From the NCBI GenBank assembly GCA_963666315.2, contig CAXXHG010000003.1:1-64000 (forward strand): 64,000 nt of DNA. The letters run 5' to 3'. Position numbers and translations under genes: made by a program. Below, piece by piece: positions 38,662 through 47,487 of the stretch; within the stretch, counting starts at the first letter, position 1; every line of letters begins with the position of its first letter. Origin of the DNA: Candidatus Binatia bacterium. Lineage in GTDB: Bacteria; Desulfobacterota; Binatia; Bin18. Under the pieces are notes generated by a model, which saw only the letters and a list, made by a program, of their open reading frames with translations, was not told the origin of the DNA and made no database searches.

Positions 38662-41067
38662 CTAGGCGCTCTCCCGCAGCCACTCGGATTCTCCCGTTGT
38701 CGGCTCTTCCGCTTCGCCTTGGGCGAACTTCGGCTTGAAAATCGCAAACATGGCCGGCGTCAGAATGAGCGCCGAAAGCCAGTGGGTCATCATCAGAATC
38801 GCCAACAGGACAGCCATCTGGGCTGAGAAGCGCAGACTCGATAAGAAATACCAGGGGAGAATGCCGGCAATCATGGTCACCCCAGTCAGCGTCACGGCCA
38901 TACCCGTTGTAAAAATCGTATTTTTTATCCCTTGGATCATATCGCCCCCGGCGCGGGGTACCTCACGCCGAATACGGTCAACAATATACAAAATATAATC
39001 CACCCCTATGCCCATCCCAACAGCCGTCACCGGCAGTGAATTAATATGCAGCCCAATACCCATAAACGAAATATACATATAACTGGCGACTCCTGCCGCC
39101 ACGAGCGCCATCAAAACCATATTGGCTGCGGCAAATGAACCATAGCTGAGCAAAACCAAGGCATACACAGTCAGGATGACGAGAGCGGCGGCTTTCTTCT
39201 CGGTGCGATCGATCTCTTCATTCAAGGCAGCCGTTGTCCCAATCAATCCGCCTGCCAAACGAAACTGTAGGTCCGGAAGAGGATGCTCGGCAATAAATTT
39301 TTTGGCCCGGGCAATGGCCTCACGAATGGTGTCACCGGTCGCATTCTTGTAAAACACCACAAACTGACCATTCCGAAACATGCGATCGGTGTATTCGAGA
39401 ATGGCGCCCGAGTTGGGTGCCCCCATCTCGTACACCAAGAGAAAATTGGCTGTGGCCATCCGGTCAGGGGGCAGGATCTGCCAGGCCGGATCGTTGTAAT
39501 GCCACAGCCGGTTAATACTTTTGAGCAGGGTGGCTAACTCGCGCGTCCCCCCAGCTTCGGGCTGAGTCAGCATATAGCGCCGAAATTCTTCTAAGGTCGC
39601 AATCACCCGCGGTTCCTTGAGAATATGATCGCGCTCGCCTTCCAGATAGATCACCAGCTGGGTCGAACCAGCAAACTGGTTGTTAATCTCGCGTACCGAG
39701 ACATTATAGTGCGAATCCCGCCACAAAAGGGGCGAGCCCGATTCCTGCTCCCCAATGGGCACGTTGAGAGCCGTGCGTAAGCCAAAGGCAATAATCAACG
39801 CCCCACTCCCGACGATCACCCAACGGCCGATGCGGCTAGTGGTTAATTCACCCAGCCATGTCAGCACGGTCTGCATCCAGCGTGGAATGACATGTGCGGT
39901 ACGCTGCGGCTGCGGAAAATAGGACAACAAGATGGGCATGAGGTGGGTCAGGCAAAACAGATTGGCAAAGGCCCAGAATCCGCCGGTGAAATACGCCAAT
40001 TTTTGAATCAGAGGAATCGTGGCGACAGCAAGGACAAGAATGCCACCGGCATCACTAATCACGCTCGTCACCCCAGGCAGGAAGAGATCGTCCATACACG
40101 TAAACGCGGCCCGCTCCTGGTCCTTGTCGGCGTCCAGCGCTTCAAAATAGCGCTCAACAAGCTGTACGCCATGGCTGATCGCCCGAGCGGTAATCAATAA
40201 AGGAATGACTAAAATCAACGGATCAAGATTGGTTTGCCACCAGCCTATCCAGCCCAGCCCCCAGACGCCTTGCATCAGTGCTCCAAAGAGCGGAATGAGA
40301 ATGCCGTAGGCCCGCCGGAAGTACAGCAGCAATGCCGTCAATACCAAAGCGCCGGTTAAAATAAAAATCAAAAAGAGTTCGTCGGTAAAATGCCACACCC
40401 AGCCCTTGAGCATCGGCTCGCCAGCCACGTACAGGATAGTATTGTGGTCCTCAACCTGGTCTTTGAGAGCCGTGATCTGACGATAGATTTCGCGATAATC
40501 GAGACGTTCCTCGTTAAAGCCAGCCAGTATCAAAGCCGCCTTACCATCCGCAGAGATATACTGGTTGTAGACAATATCATTGTTGAACATCTCCAGGCGT
40601 AGCGCAGTCAGCGTTTGCGGATCAGACGGAATCTCGGCCGGTAGGACAGGAACGGACCGAATCATGCCTCCGGGCGAGGTCTTCAGGTTACGAATCTTGA
40701 TGTGATAAATCGATGCAATCTGGTTGTGGTCAACACCCGTAATGAGCGCCATTTGTTCGGTGAGCAGTTTGACTTTTTCCAGTGTCGCTTTGGTGAAAAT
40801 ATCGCCGTCTTTTACTCGCAGTACCATGGTGAGAACGTTGGCGGCTCCACCAAAGAGGGCTTTGTGATGGTTATATGCATGTATATACGGATGTTGCTGA
40901 GGCAGCAGATCGGAAAACTGGCTATACATCTCAACCCGGGGGATTTGAAACGCCCAGAAGACGGTAATCGCTCCCAGGAGGCACAATACGGCTGGGCGAT
41001 GTCGCCACAAAAAACGAACATATCTCTCAACAAGACGGTCGGTCAGGCTCTTATGTCTCTGCGCCAT
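38662..41067 (-). CDS. MMPL/RND-family transporter
   Basis: Two repeats of TM plus periplasmic loop; DLLPQQHP, VGMGIGVDY, SSLRFSAQMA. Confidence 0.92.
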   Translation of the reverse strand: MAQRHKSLTDRLVERYVRFLWRHRPAVLCLLGAITVFWAFQIPRVEMYSQFSDLLPQQHPYIHAYNHHKALFGGAANVLTMVLRVKDGDIFTKATLEKVKLLTEQMALITGVDHNQIASIYHIKIRNLKTSPGGMIRSVPVLPAEIPSDPQTLTALRLEMFNNDIVYNQYISADGKAALILAGFNEERLDYREIYRQITALKDQVEDHNTILYVAGEPMLKGWVWHFTDELFLIFILTGALVLTALLLYFRRAYGILIPLFGALMQGVWGLGWIGWWQTNLDPLILVIPLLITARAISHGVQLVERYFEALDADKDQERAAFTCMDDLFLPGVTSVISDAGGILVLAVATIPLIQKLAYFTGGFWAFANLFCLTHLMPILLSYFPQPQRTAHVIPRWMQTVLTWLGELTTSRIGRWVIVGSGALIIAFGLRTALNVPIGEQESGSPLLWRDSHYNVSVREINNQFAGSTQLVIYLEGERDHILKEPRVIATLEEFRRYMLTQPEAGGTRELATLLKSINRLWHYNDPAWQILPPDRMATANFLLVYEMGAPNSGAILEYTDRMFRNGQFVVFYKNATGDTIREAIARAKKFIAEHPLPDLQFRLAGGLIGTTAALNEEIDRTEKKAAALVILTVYALVLLSYGSFAAANMVLMALVAAGVASYMYISFMGIGLHINSLPVTAVGMGIGVDYILYIVDRIRREVPRAGGDMIQGIKNTIFTTGMAVTLTGVTMIAGILPWYFLSSLRFSAQMAVLLAILMMTHWLSALILTPAMFAIFKPKFAQGEAEEPTTGESEWLRESA

Positions 41068-41370
41068 TCAGTACAGGTTCCTTTCGAAATTTCCAAGTTT
41101 CCACAAAATCCACTGTTCCTGCTCAGGCTTGTGTATCTTGCGCAGCATAACGGGTTATAAATTTAGAACATGTTATAGTTTCTCTGTTAAAGAGAATACG
41201 GGGAGTATTGTGTTCAATTCGATCCACAATTCTATCCAATAGTATGGCAATAGGGATCGGAAAGTACCCCGCGTTTATGAAGGGGTTGAGCAGGAAGAGC
41301 GGATTAGAAAGAAGAGGAGACGAGGGGCAGCTCTTTACCCTTGCTTCTCGTACTCGTTGGAGGCGTTCGA

Positions 41371-41576
41371 ATTTGAAGCGGCCTTGGTACACAGAGCCCA
41401 CCCGGCCATGGCGTCAGGCGAACAGGTTGGCCTGGGGCGTCTCAACCACGAGCCCCAAGCGACGGACAAACGCCAGGCCGTCCGGGTCATCATGCCCTCA
41501 TGCCCCATGACGTAGCGCGCATTTCCGTGATACGTCACGTGGGCAGAGGCTCCCGGATAGGCCAGCGTAAAGGGCG
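41371..41576 (-). mobile_element. degenerate REP-associated tyrosine (Y1/RAYT-type) transposase remnant
   Basis: Fragments RPL(R)LAYPGA.AHVTYHGNAR, LVVETPQANL and RHGRVGSVYQGRFK in shifting frames. Confidence 0.7.
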
Positions 41577-41616
41577 CTTCAGGTGCTTGAGTTAGAGGCG
41601 GTGTTCTTCAAAGTCA

Positions 41617-41644
41617 AGAGTAAAGGATCTGACCCTTTACCTCT
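41617..41644. repeat. palindrome upstream of RAYT remnant
   Basis: AGAG-TAAAGG-ATCTGAC-CCTTTA-C-CTCT. Confidence 0.55.
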
Positions 41645-41812
41645 CAAAATCAAGTTAGCCCCGAACGCTGGGCTACGATGGTTCGCTAGATGTTTCACGG
41701 ACGGCCCCCACCTCCGTGCGATGTATCCGTCCGCCCTCTTGACGTCGGAGGCCTGACAGGTGTTAGCTGCCATTATCCCACTCAAACAGGCTGTCGCTTC
41801 GCGCCTCGTCCC

Positions 41813-42150
41813 TGCTTGCGGATTGCTGCGCGGCCCAAACATACGCATGAGGCTCTTGGCCGATTTATCCGCGAGTATCCCCAACTCCTCGAAGCCAATC
41901 GTGGCATTGATGTAGTCGCGGAGTACCGCCTTCCCAGTCTCGACATCCCCTGCGAGTAAGGATTCTACTCCTTCCCTTAGGAGCGCTTCACGGAAGGCGG
42001 GATCGCTCTGCACCCGTGTCTGAATAGTTGCCTTAAAACTTCGTGTCAGCGGCATTGTTAGCTCTCCAGTCTTTTTCTTCGTTTGTAATCCTGCCAAAGG
42101 GACTTTGCCGTGTCGATGTCTTTCTGCTGCCGTTTCTTCGTTCCCCTACT
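41813..42150 (-). pseudogene. remnant addiction module: RelE/ParE-like killer C-terminus plus truncated HTH antidote
   Basis: GTKKRQQKDIDTAK (stop 42058-42060), then MPLTRSFKATIQ...LRDYINATIGFEEL...SLMRMFGPRSNPQA, broken after NPQA. Confidence 0.75.
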
Positions 42151-42180
42151 AGCCCTTCCTTTTTTTAGCGGTCTTAACCT

Positions 42181-42202
42181 AATGGTACTATAATGGTACT
42201 AT
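42181..42202. promoter_or_regulatory. putative HicB operator/promoter repeat
   Basis: Tandem AATGGTACTAT x2, containing TATAAT, immediately before hicA. Confidence 0.55.
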
Positions 42203-42208
42203 TAGGAT

Positions 42209-42403
42209 GTGCCGCCGAAAATTCGAGAACTAATCCGCGATCTAAAAGCCGCAGGGTTCGAAAACCGTGGCGGTAAAGGTAGTTATCGGAATTTCAAACA
42301 TCCTGGCGGAACTCGAATAACGATGAGCGGTTCTCTTGGTGCCGATGCAAAGCTGTATCAAGAAAAGGCCGTTCAGGTAGCAATTGTGAAGGTGTCGAAA
42401 TGA
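42209..42403 (+). CDS. hicA: HicA-family toxin (catalytic His appears replaced by Tyr)
   Basis: PPKIRELIRDLKAAGF, GGKGSYRNFKHP; homologous to 19286..19486. Confidence 0.85.
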   Translation: MPPKIRELIRDLKAAGFENRGGKGSYRNFKHPGGTRITMSGSLGADAKLYQEKAVQVAIVKVSK

Positions 42404-42738
42404 AAAAGTCAGCCCATTATTTGAAAATCGTGGAGTGGTCGGACGAAGATCAATGCTACGTCGGCAGATGTCCAGAGTTAATGCTCGGTGGCGTTCACGG
42501 AAAAAATGAACAAAAAGTATTCGCCGAACTGTGTACTGTCATTGACGAGTGGATTGAGATTTCGAAAGAGGACGGCGACAAATTACCGCCAGGTAGGGCC
42601 GGAAAGAATTATTCTGGGAAATTCAATCTTAGGTTGGGAAAGCAGTTACACGAACGGCTTGCAATAGCAGCGGTGAAAGAAGGGAAGAGCCTCAATGTGT
42701 ACTGTACCGAAGCGCTCGAAAGCGAAATCAACCGCTAA
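42400..42738 (+). CDS. hicB: HicB-family antitoxin with RHH domain
   Basis: YLKIVEWSDEDQCYVGRCPEL..GGVHG, YSGKFNLRL...LH..LA...GKSLN. Confidence 0.9.
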   Translation: MKKSAHYLKIVEWSDEDQCYVGRCPELMLGGVHGKNEQKVFAELCTVIDEWIEISKEDGDKLPPGRAGKNYSGKFNLRLGKQLHERLAIAAVKEGKSLNVYCTEALESEINR

Positions 42739-42824
42739 CCAGTCGTCCAATCTGCATATAACCGAGTATCTCAATCACAAACCTGTGTCGATTGTGCACC
42801 GCACCGATAGGGAATGCGTCGCCC

Positions 42825-43277
42825 TCACACCTTCCCTAACTGACGTAACGCCTCATACAACACAATCGCTGCGGCGCTCGATAAGTTGAGACTTCGCACC
42901 TGCTGACCCTGCATAGGGATGGTATACAGCGTATCCGCAAACTCGGTGCGGATCGTTTCTGGTAAGCCCCGGGTCTCACTGCCGAAGACGAGCAAGTCGT
43001 CTTCAGTGTACCCTGCCTGCGTGTAGGACCGCTCTGCATGAGCGGAAAAGGCAAGCAGGCGTCCGGGGGGACGACGTGCCAGAAAGTCGCTCCATGACTC
43101 ATAGACGTGCACGTCGACATACGGCCAGTAGTCGAGGCCGGCACGTTTGAGATAGCGGTCTTCTAAAGAGAAGCCGAGTGGCCCGACGAGGTGAAACGTT
43201 GTCTGCGTGGCGGCACACAGACGTGCCGTGGTGCCGCTATTGGGTGGGATCTCTGGTTCAACAAAGACGATGTGCAT
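42825..43277 (-). CDS. trmL: tRNA (cytidine(34)-2'-O)-methyltransferase
   Basis: EPEIPPNSG, LKRAGLDYW, FGSETRGLP, RSLNLS, YEALRQ. Confidence 0.95.
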   Translation of the reverse strand: MHIVFVEPEIPPNSGTTARLCAATQTTFHLVGPLGFSLEDRYLKRAGLDYWPYVDVHVYESWSDFLARRPPGRLLAFSAHAERSYTQAGYTEDDLLVFGSETRGLPETIRTEFADTLYTIPMQGQQVRSLNLSSAAAIVLYEALRQLGKV

Positions 43278-43309
43278 GGGGAGAAGGGACTAGTCCTGCT
43301 GCTCTTGCA

Positions 43310-43786
43310 TTACTCTTGCCCTTTGGTCTGGATGGGATAGACCGTCGCGCCGGTCCGCAGTACAAATTCCCCACTTTTCTCATCTTGGTGTAAATACTCC
43401 GTGAGTTGATAATAGGCGGAGCGGAGAAAGCGGGCAGGGAATTTCTGATCTTTGACTCGACAGTATAAGACGTCATTGTCACTAATAGACAGCGTCTGGG
43501 GAGCAAGCGCTTCTTCACTTTTATCATTGAGACGGACGATGACGCCCTGGTTTGAGTATCCCGTGACCTGGGTGACAACATAGGGCGTATCTTCAATTTC
43601 AACGTCGGCGCGATCCCGGCCAATGACAATTTCATAGGACCCAGTTGCAGTCTGACGGAGGCATTGGCTAAAGAGTGTGTTGATCCGCTGATTTTGGATA
43701 CGCTCGTCATTGGCATACCACCAGCCGTCTTTTCCAAAATGTATCTTGCGTGTCGGGTCTATGACCCAGAAACCGGCTTTCGGCAT
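43310..43786 (-). CDS. DUF1285-like protein
   Basis: DGWWY, VEIEDTPYVV, RLNDKSEE, LYCRVK..FPARF.RSAYYQL. Confidence 0.7.
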   Translation of the reverse strand: MPKAGFWVIDPTRKIHFGKDGWWYANDERIQNQRINTLFSQCLRQTATGSYEIVIGRDRADVEIEDTPYVVTQVTGYSNQGVIVRLNDKSEEALAPQTLSISDNDVLYCRVKDQKFPARFLRSAYYQLTEYLHQDEKSGEFVLRTGATVYPIQTKGQE

Positions 43787-43792
43787 GGCCGT

Positions 43793-44257
43793 TTACCCAT
43801 TCCCTTTTGTTCGGCGTTCCGCGGTATCCAAAATCAACGTCACTGGCCCGTCATTGATGAGTTGAACTGCCATAGCGGCCTGGAACTGACCGGTTGCAAC
43901 TGGAATCTGATGGCGCCTGCAGCATGCGACAAAATGCTCATACAAGGGTTTGGCTTTGTCTGCTCCTGCTGCGGCTGTGAACGAAGGGCGGCGGCCTTTT
44001 CGAGTGTCTGCATATAAGGTGAATTGCGAAACGACCAGGAGCTCGCCTTGTATGTCTTGGACCGAATGGGCGAACTTCCCCGCCGCATCGGAGAAAATGC
44101 GCAACCCGATAATTTTCTCGCTCAGATACTCGGCCTCCGCTAACGTATCGTCAGCCGTTACACCGAGCAGGACGACGAGGCCCTGCCGGATTTGTCCAAC
44201 GCTTACTGCATTAACCGAGACTTGCGCCTCACTGACTCGCTGGATGACGGCACGCAT
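43793..44257 (-). CDS. dtd: D-aminoacyl-tRNA deacylase
   Basis: [26 protein letters not shown]. Confidence 0.97.
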   Translation of the reverse strand: MRAVIQRVSEAQVSVNAVSVGQIRQGLVVLLGVTADDTLAEAEYLSEKIIGLRIFSDAAGKFAHSVQDIQGELLVVSQFTLYADTRKGRRPSFTAAAGADKAKPLYEHFVACCRRHQIPVATGQFQAAMAVQLINDGPVTLILDTAERRTKGNG

Positions 44258-44382
44258 GGTTTTCTTGCCTATGTGTCGCAGAATTTCAACAGTTAGCTGA
44301 GTCGCCCCTATGAGACAAGGCGAGACAAAGTGAGACGAGACCCGACCTGGTATGAAACCAGGCCCTCAGCTATGATCGCCGC

Positions 44383-45150
44383 ATGTATCCCGTCCTGCTT
44401 GAACTCGGCCCGCTGACGGTGTATAGCTACGGCGTCATGATGGCGCTGGGCTTTGTGGCTGCGGGTTGGCTACTGGGGAAAGGCTTGGCTCATCACGGCC
44501 GAGACCCGGAGCTGGCTTCGACCTTGGTGCTCTGGGCCGCCATGGGCGGACTGCTCGGGGCGCGGATTCTGTTTATCCTCGATAACTGGTCTGCCTTTCT
44601 CTTTGATCCTCTGTCTTTTCTTTTGACCGGAGCCGGTTTTGTGTGGCACGGTGGCTTGATAGGCGGCATAGGCGGCATCAGCTGGTGTATCCGCCACTAT
44701 CAGTTACCCTGGCTTGAAATCATGGATGTCGTCGCCCCGGCGATTGCGCTTGGTCATGGCACTGGGCGCATAGGCTGCCATTTGGCCGGCGATGGTGACT
44801 GGGGGCCGCCTACTACGTTGCCGTGGGGCGTCGCCTACCCGGATGCCATTATCGGCTGGGATTATTCGGCTGAGGTGCTCGTTCACCCTACCGCGCTGTA
44901 TGAAACGGCAGCGTATTTTGCGATTGCCGTTTTATTATGGAGTCGCTGGTCGGTCCCGCATCGTCCGGGTGGCCTGTTTTGGGGGTATTTAGTGTTGGCT
45001 GGGATTGCTCGGTTTTTCTTAGAATTTTTTCGTGTCAATCCTCCGCTTATGGGGGGGTTCTCCCAGGCCCAGGTTATTAGTATCGGCTTAATCGTGGTTG
45101 GGGCTGCGCTGTTGCTGAGGGGAGAAAAGACGCAGGGCGTATCCGCCTAA
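44383..45150 (+). CDS. lgt: prolipoprotein diacylglyceryl transferase
   Basis: YSYGVM, GLLGARI, GRIGCHLAGD, PWGV, HPTALYE, RFFLEFFR. Confidence 0.93.
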   Translation: MYPVLLELGPLTVYSYGVMMALGFVAAGWLLGKGLAHHGRDPELASTLVLWAAMGGLLGARILFILDNWSAFLFDPLSFLLTGAGFVWHGGLIGGIGGISWCIRHYQLPWLEIMDVVAPAIALGHGTGRIGCHLAGDGDWGPPTTLPWGVAYPDAIIGWDYSAEVLVHPTALYETAAYFAIAVLLWSRWSVPHRPGGLFWGYLVLAGIARFFLEFFRVNPPLMGGFSQAQVISIGLIVVGAALLLRGEKTQGVSA

Positions 45151-45170
45151 CTCGCGTCCGAGAAGGAGCC

Positions 45171-45755
45171 ATGACCGCCACCAAAAGATGGCTCAAGCCT
45201 GGGATCTTCGGCCTGGTTGTCCTGCTTGGCGGTCTGGTGGTCCTCATCCAAACTCCGTCGCAGACGAACTTGCCCCGACCCGCTCCTGATTTCTTGTTGC
45301 CGGATCTTAACGGACAAGCCGTTCGTCTGTCTCAACACAAGGGGAAAGTCGTGCTGCTGAACGTCTGGGCAACGTGGTGTGGGCCATGTCGGCAAGAGAT
45401 GCCGACCATGGAAGCGCTTGCCCAACGGCTGAAAGGTGAAGACTTCATCATGTTAGCCGCCAGTCAGGACGTTGATGGTGCAACAACTGTTGGGCCGTAT
45501 CTGCAAGAAGGCGGGTATACCTTCCCGGTGCTGCTCGACATACGGGGCGAGGTGGGCAAGAAATATAGAGTTACCGGATACCCTGAGACTTTTATCATTG
45601 ATAGGCAAGGCCAGATCGTCTATCACCATGTTGGCTATAATAATTGGGTGCAGCCGCGTGTGGAGACGGCCTTGCGGCGTTTGATTCAGCAGGGAGTGTG
45701 GGACGTCGATGCCGGGGCGCGACTTCAAGGCGATCATACTCCACTACGGCCCTAA
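45171..45755 (+). CDS. TlpA/ResA-family thiol-disulfide oxidoreductase
   Basis: APDF.LPDLNG, NVWATWCGPCRQEMP, GYPETFIIDRQG. Confidence 0.93.
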   Translation: MTATKRWLKPGIFGLVVLLGGLVVLIQTPSQTNLPRPAPDFLLPDLNGQAVRLSQHKGKVVLLNVWATWCGPCRQEMPTMEALAQRLKGEDFIMLAASQDVDGATTVGPYLQEGGYTFPVLLDIRGEVGKKYRVTGYPETFIIDRQGQIVYHHVGYNNWVQPRVETALRRLIQQGVWDVDAGARLQGDHTPLRP

Positions 45756-45918
45756 GAGCGTGTCTAATAAGTGTCTCTGTGGCCAAAGCCCGAGCGAAAG
45801 CAGCATGATCAAGGCGCCCGAAGCAGCTATATCTGTTGTGATATGGCGATGCAGGGCAACGCTAGACATGCTGCTTGCAGCCGGGCGACGCCCAGAATGT
45901 ACTTTTTGGACACGCTCT
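45755..45918. mobile_element. 164-bp MITE-like element (IS5-type ends, TA duplication)
   Basis: Left end AGAGCGTGTCTAATAAGT versus right end (rev-comp) AGAGCGTGTCCAAAAAGT; flanked by CCTA and TAGG; no transposase. Confidence 0.8.
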
Positions 45919-46074
45919 TAGGATCCCGTCTTGCCCTTGACTCGTAAGGAAAATGTGAAGTGATTCTCGGGGTGACGGAGGGACGCCAGGTATCGATGGG
46001 CGGCAAGTATGCTATGATGAAAAATCTGTCGCGAGGCATGAAATACAGCAAAGGGCAGATAATAAAGGGGCAAT

Positions 46075-47439
46075 ATGATGTACGGAAAACGGCAACGAAT
46101 TATAGTCGGGCTGATTGCCGGGGTGGTGGGAATTGGGGCAATTCTCTTTGGCGGGTATGGGCTCAATCTTGTTTCTGCCGTCGACCGCAGTACGTACGAA
46201 GATCTTGAGGCGTTTACCAGTGTGCTAGCCATCGTCCAGAAGAATTATGTTGAACCAGTCGAGACCCAAGACCTGATTGAGGGCGCGATCGACGGGATGT
46301 TAGGTGCGCTCGACCCCCACAGCGCCTATCTCACGCCCGACTCCTATAAGGAACTCCAAGTCGATACTGAGGGCAGTTTCGGTGGTCTTGGTATCGAGAT
46401 CACGATCCGAGACGGTATGCTGACTGTTGTCTCTCCGATTGAAGATACCCCTGCGTACCGGGCCGGTGTCCAGGCCGGGGACCAGATTGTCAAGATCAAT
46501 GGCGAGCTGACAAAAGATATGTCGCTCATTGAGGCGGTGAAGAAGATGCGGGGGGAGAAGGGAACGAAGATCACCATCTCGGTCCGCCGTGAGGACGTCC
46601 CGCGGCTGATTGATGTGCCCATCATCCGGGAAGTCATTAAAATTCAGAGTGTCAAATCGAAAACCCTGGAAAAGGGCTATGCCTATATCCGTGTGACCCA
46701 GTTTCAGGATCGGACGAGTACTGACCTGGATAACGCGCTCAAGAAGCTGAGCCAAGAAAATGGCAAACTTGAAGGCATCGTGCTTGATTTGCGGAATAAC
46801 CCCGGAGGATTACTGAGCCAGGCGGTTAAAGTGTCCGATCTCTTTTTGGATTCCGGCATGGTTGTCTATACCAAAGGCAGACTGGAAAGCCAGAAGCAGA
46901 AATATTTCGCTCACCCTGGAGGATATACGGATGTGCCGCTGGTCGTCCTGGTCAATAGCGGCAGTGCGAGTGCGTCAGAGATAGTTGCTGGTGCAGTCCA
47001 GGATCATGGCCGGGCGGTCGTGCTTGGCACCAAAACCTTCGGCAAAGGGTCGGTTCAGACGATTTTGCCGGTGGATGGCGGGGCAGCCTTGCGTTTGACC
47101 ACGGCTATGTATTTCACACCGAATGGCCGGTCCATCCAGGTGACCGGTATTGCTCCGGATATTGAACTAGAGAACCTCCCGGACGCGCAGGCTGCCATAC
47201 GCCGGCGTCACGGCATTCGTGAGGAGAACTTACCGGGGCATTTTGACAACATTGGCGAGCAGACGCAGCAAGAGACGCACAGCGGTGACTCCGATCCGGT
47301 TGATACCTCTGCCACGCCGCAAACCCGGCCTGATATTAAAGCAGGCGAATTAGGAAAAGACCCGCAGCTCGACCGGGCGCTCGAGCTGCTTAAATCGTGG
47401 CGGGTGTTTCAAACCACTGTTGCTGAGGCGAAAGGCTAG
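46075..47439 (+). CDS. ctpA: carboxyl-terminal processing protease (S41A)
   Basis: LDPHSAY, FGGLGIEI, PDZ domain, LDLRNNPGGLL, SASASEIVAGA, FGKGSVQ. Confidence 0.95.
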   Translation: MMYGKRQRIIVGLIAGVVGIGAILFGGYGLNLVSAVDRSTYEDLEAFTSVLAIVQKNYVEPVETQDLIEGAIDGMLGALDPHSAYLTPDSYKELQVDTEGSFGGLGIEITIRDGMLTVVSPIEDTPAYRAGVQAGDQIVKINGELTKDMSLIEAVKKMRGEKGTKITISVRREDVPRLIDVPIIREVIKIQSVKSKTLEKGYAYIRVTQFQDRTSTDLDNALKKLSQENGKLEGIVLDLRNNPGGLLSQAVKVSDLFLDSGMVVYTKGRLESQKQKYFAHPGGYTDVPLVVLVNSGSASASEIVAGAVQDHGRAVVLGTKTFGKGSVQTILPVDGGAALRLTTAMYFTPNGRSIQVTGIAPDIELENLPDAQAAIRRRHGIREENLPGHFDNIGEQTQQETHSGDSDPVDTSATPQTRPDIKAGELGKDPQLDRALELLKSWRVFQTTVAEAKG

Positions 47440-47487
47440 GTCCGGTGGGAGGCGGCTTGCCCGCTTTCTCTCTCCCTCCATTTTTCT

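Noticed and set aside
44311-44340. Three 10-bp GAGAC-containing repeats between divergent dtd and lgt
   Set aside because: Short and degenerate. They could be a regulator site, but nothing supports a specific call.
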